Origin: Raillietiella orientalis
Taxonomy: Eukaryota
NCBI GenBank assembly: GCA_036172245.1
Contig: JAYWIR010000020.1
Coordinates: forward strand, 558,001-622,000
DNA length: 64,000 bases
Reading direction: 5' to 3'
Part shown: positions 63,700-64,000 of the stretch, in pieces
Layout of the letters: every line of letters starts with the position of its first letter
How positions within the stretch are numbered: the first letter of the stretch is position 1
Notes under the pieces: generated by a model
Seen by the model: the letters and a program-made list of their open reading frames with translations, nothing else
Told to the model about the DNA's origin: nothing
The model's database searches: none
Made by a program: the position numbers and the translations under genes

Positions 63700-64000
63700 G
63701 TCAGCTGGTACCGTCAATGAGCAGTGGACACTGAAGTCCCCCTGTTGATGAAGAGAAGACCATACAGGAAAAAGGGAAAAGAGCTGTCCGTTTCCCAAAT
63801 AAAAGATGGTCATTTTCATTGCGTCATTCGCATCTTAATATGCAAACACAACACTTCCATCTTGATGTTTTGCTCACATCAAACAACGGTGCTCGCTTCG
63901 CTCATTCTAAGGTCTCGTCTTCCCAGAGCACATAGGAGACCGCAGCTCCTGACAAATCATGGAGAGTAGACAATGCTTTATTCAAAGAAAGATTGCAATT

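Overview
Eukaryotic nuclear DNA from an invertebrate, probably an arthropod. The taxon is inferred from the 43-60 nt GT-AG introns, a DRE motif, a vitellogenin-family gene and an invertebrate-code NUMT. I assembled three genes by hand with phase-consistent splicing. (1) A complete 5-exon, 206-aa MAD2-family HORMA gene on the minus strand (21709-23404), missed by the ORF track, with substitutions at residues that are functionally critical in human Mad2. (2) A 2-coding-exon TYW5 JmjC hydroxylase (27600-28645, +). (3) A large lipid transfer protein (vitellogenin-like) gene of at least 26 exons and at least 1518 codons (47634 to >=61693, +), whose 3' end is unresolved. The window also holds a 480-bp hAT/Charlie-type non-autonomous transposon with TIRs and TSD, a nested inverted-repeat element near 0.7-1.0 kb, a mitochondrial atp8 insertion (NUMT) at ~34.0-34.1 kb and a weaker second NUMT candidate at ~12.1 kb. 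CpG depletion is mosaic and includes one domain with no assigned gene. I found no CRISPR array, rRNA, intact tRNA or prokaryotic system. Most short ORFs in the track look non-coding or unrecognisable. All homology calls come from recalled family motifs, not from database searches.
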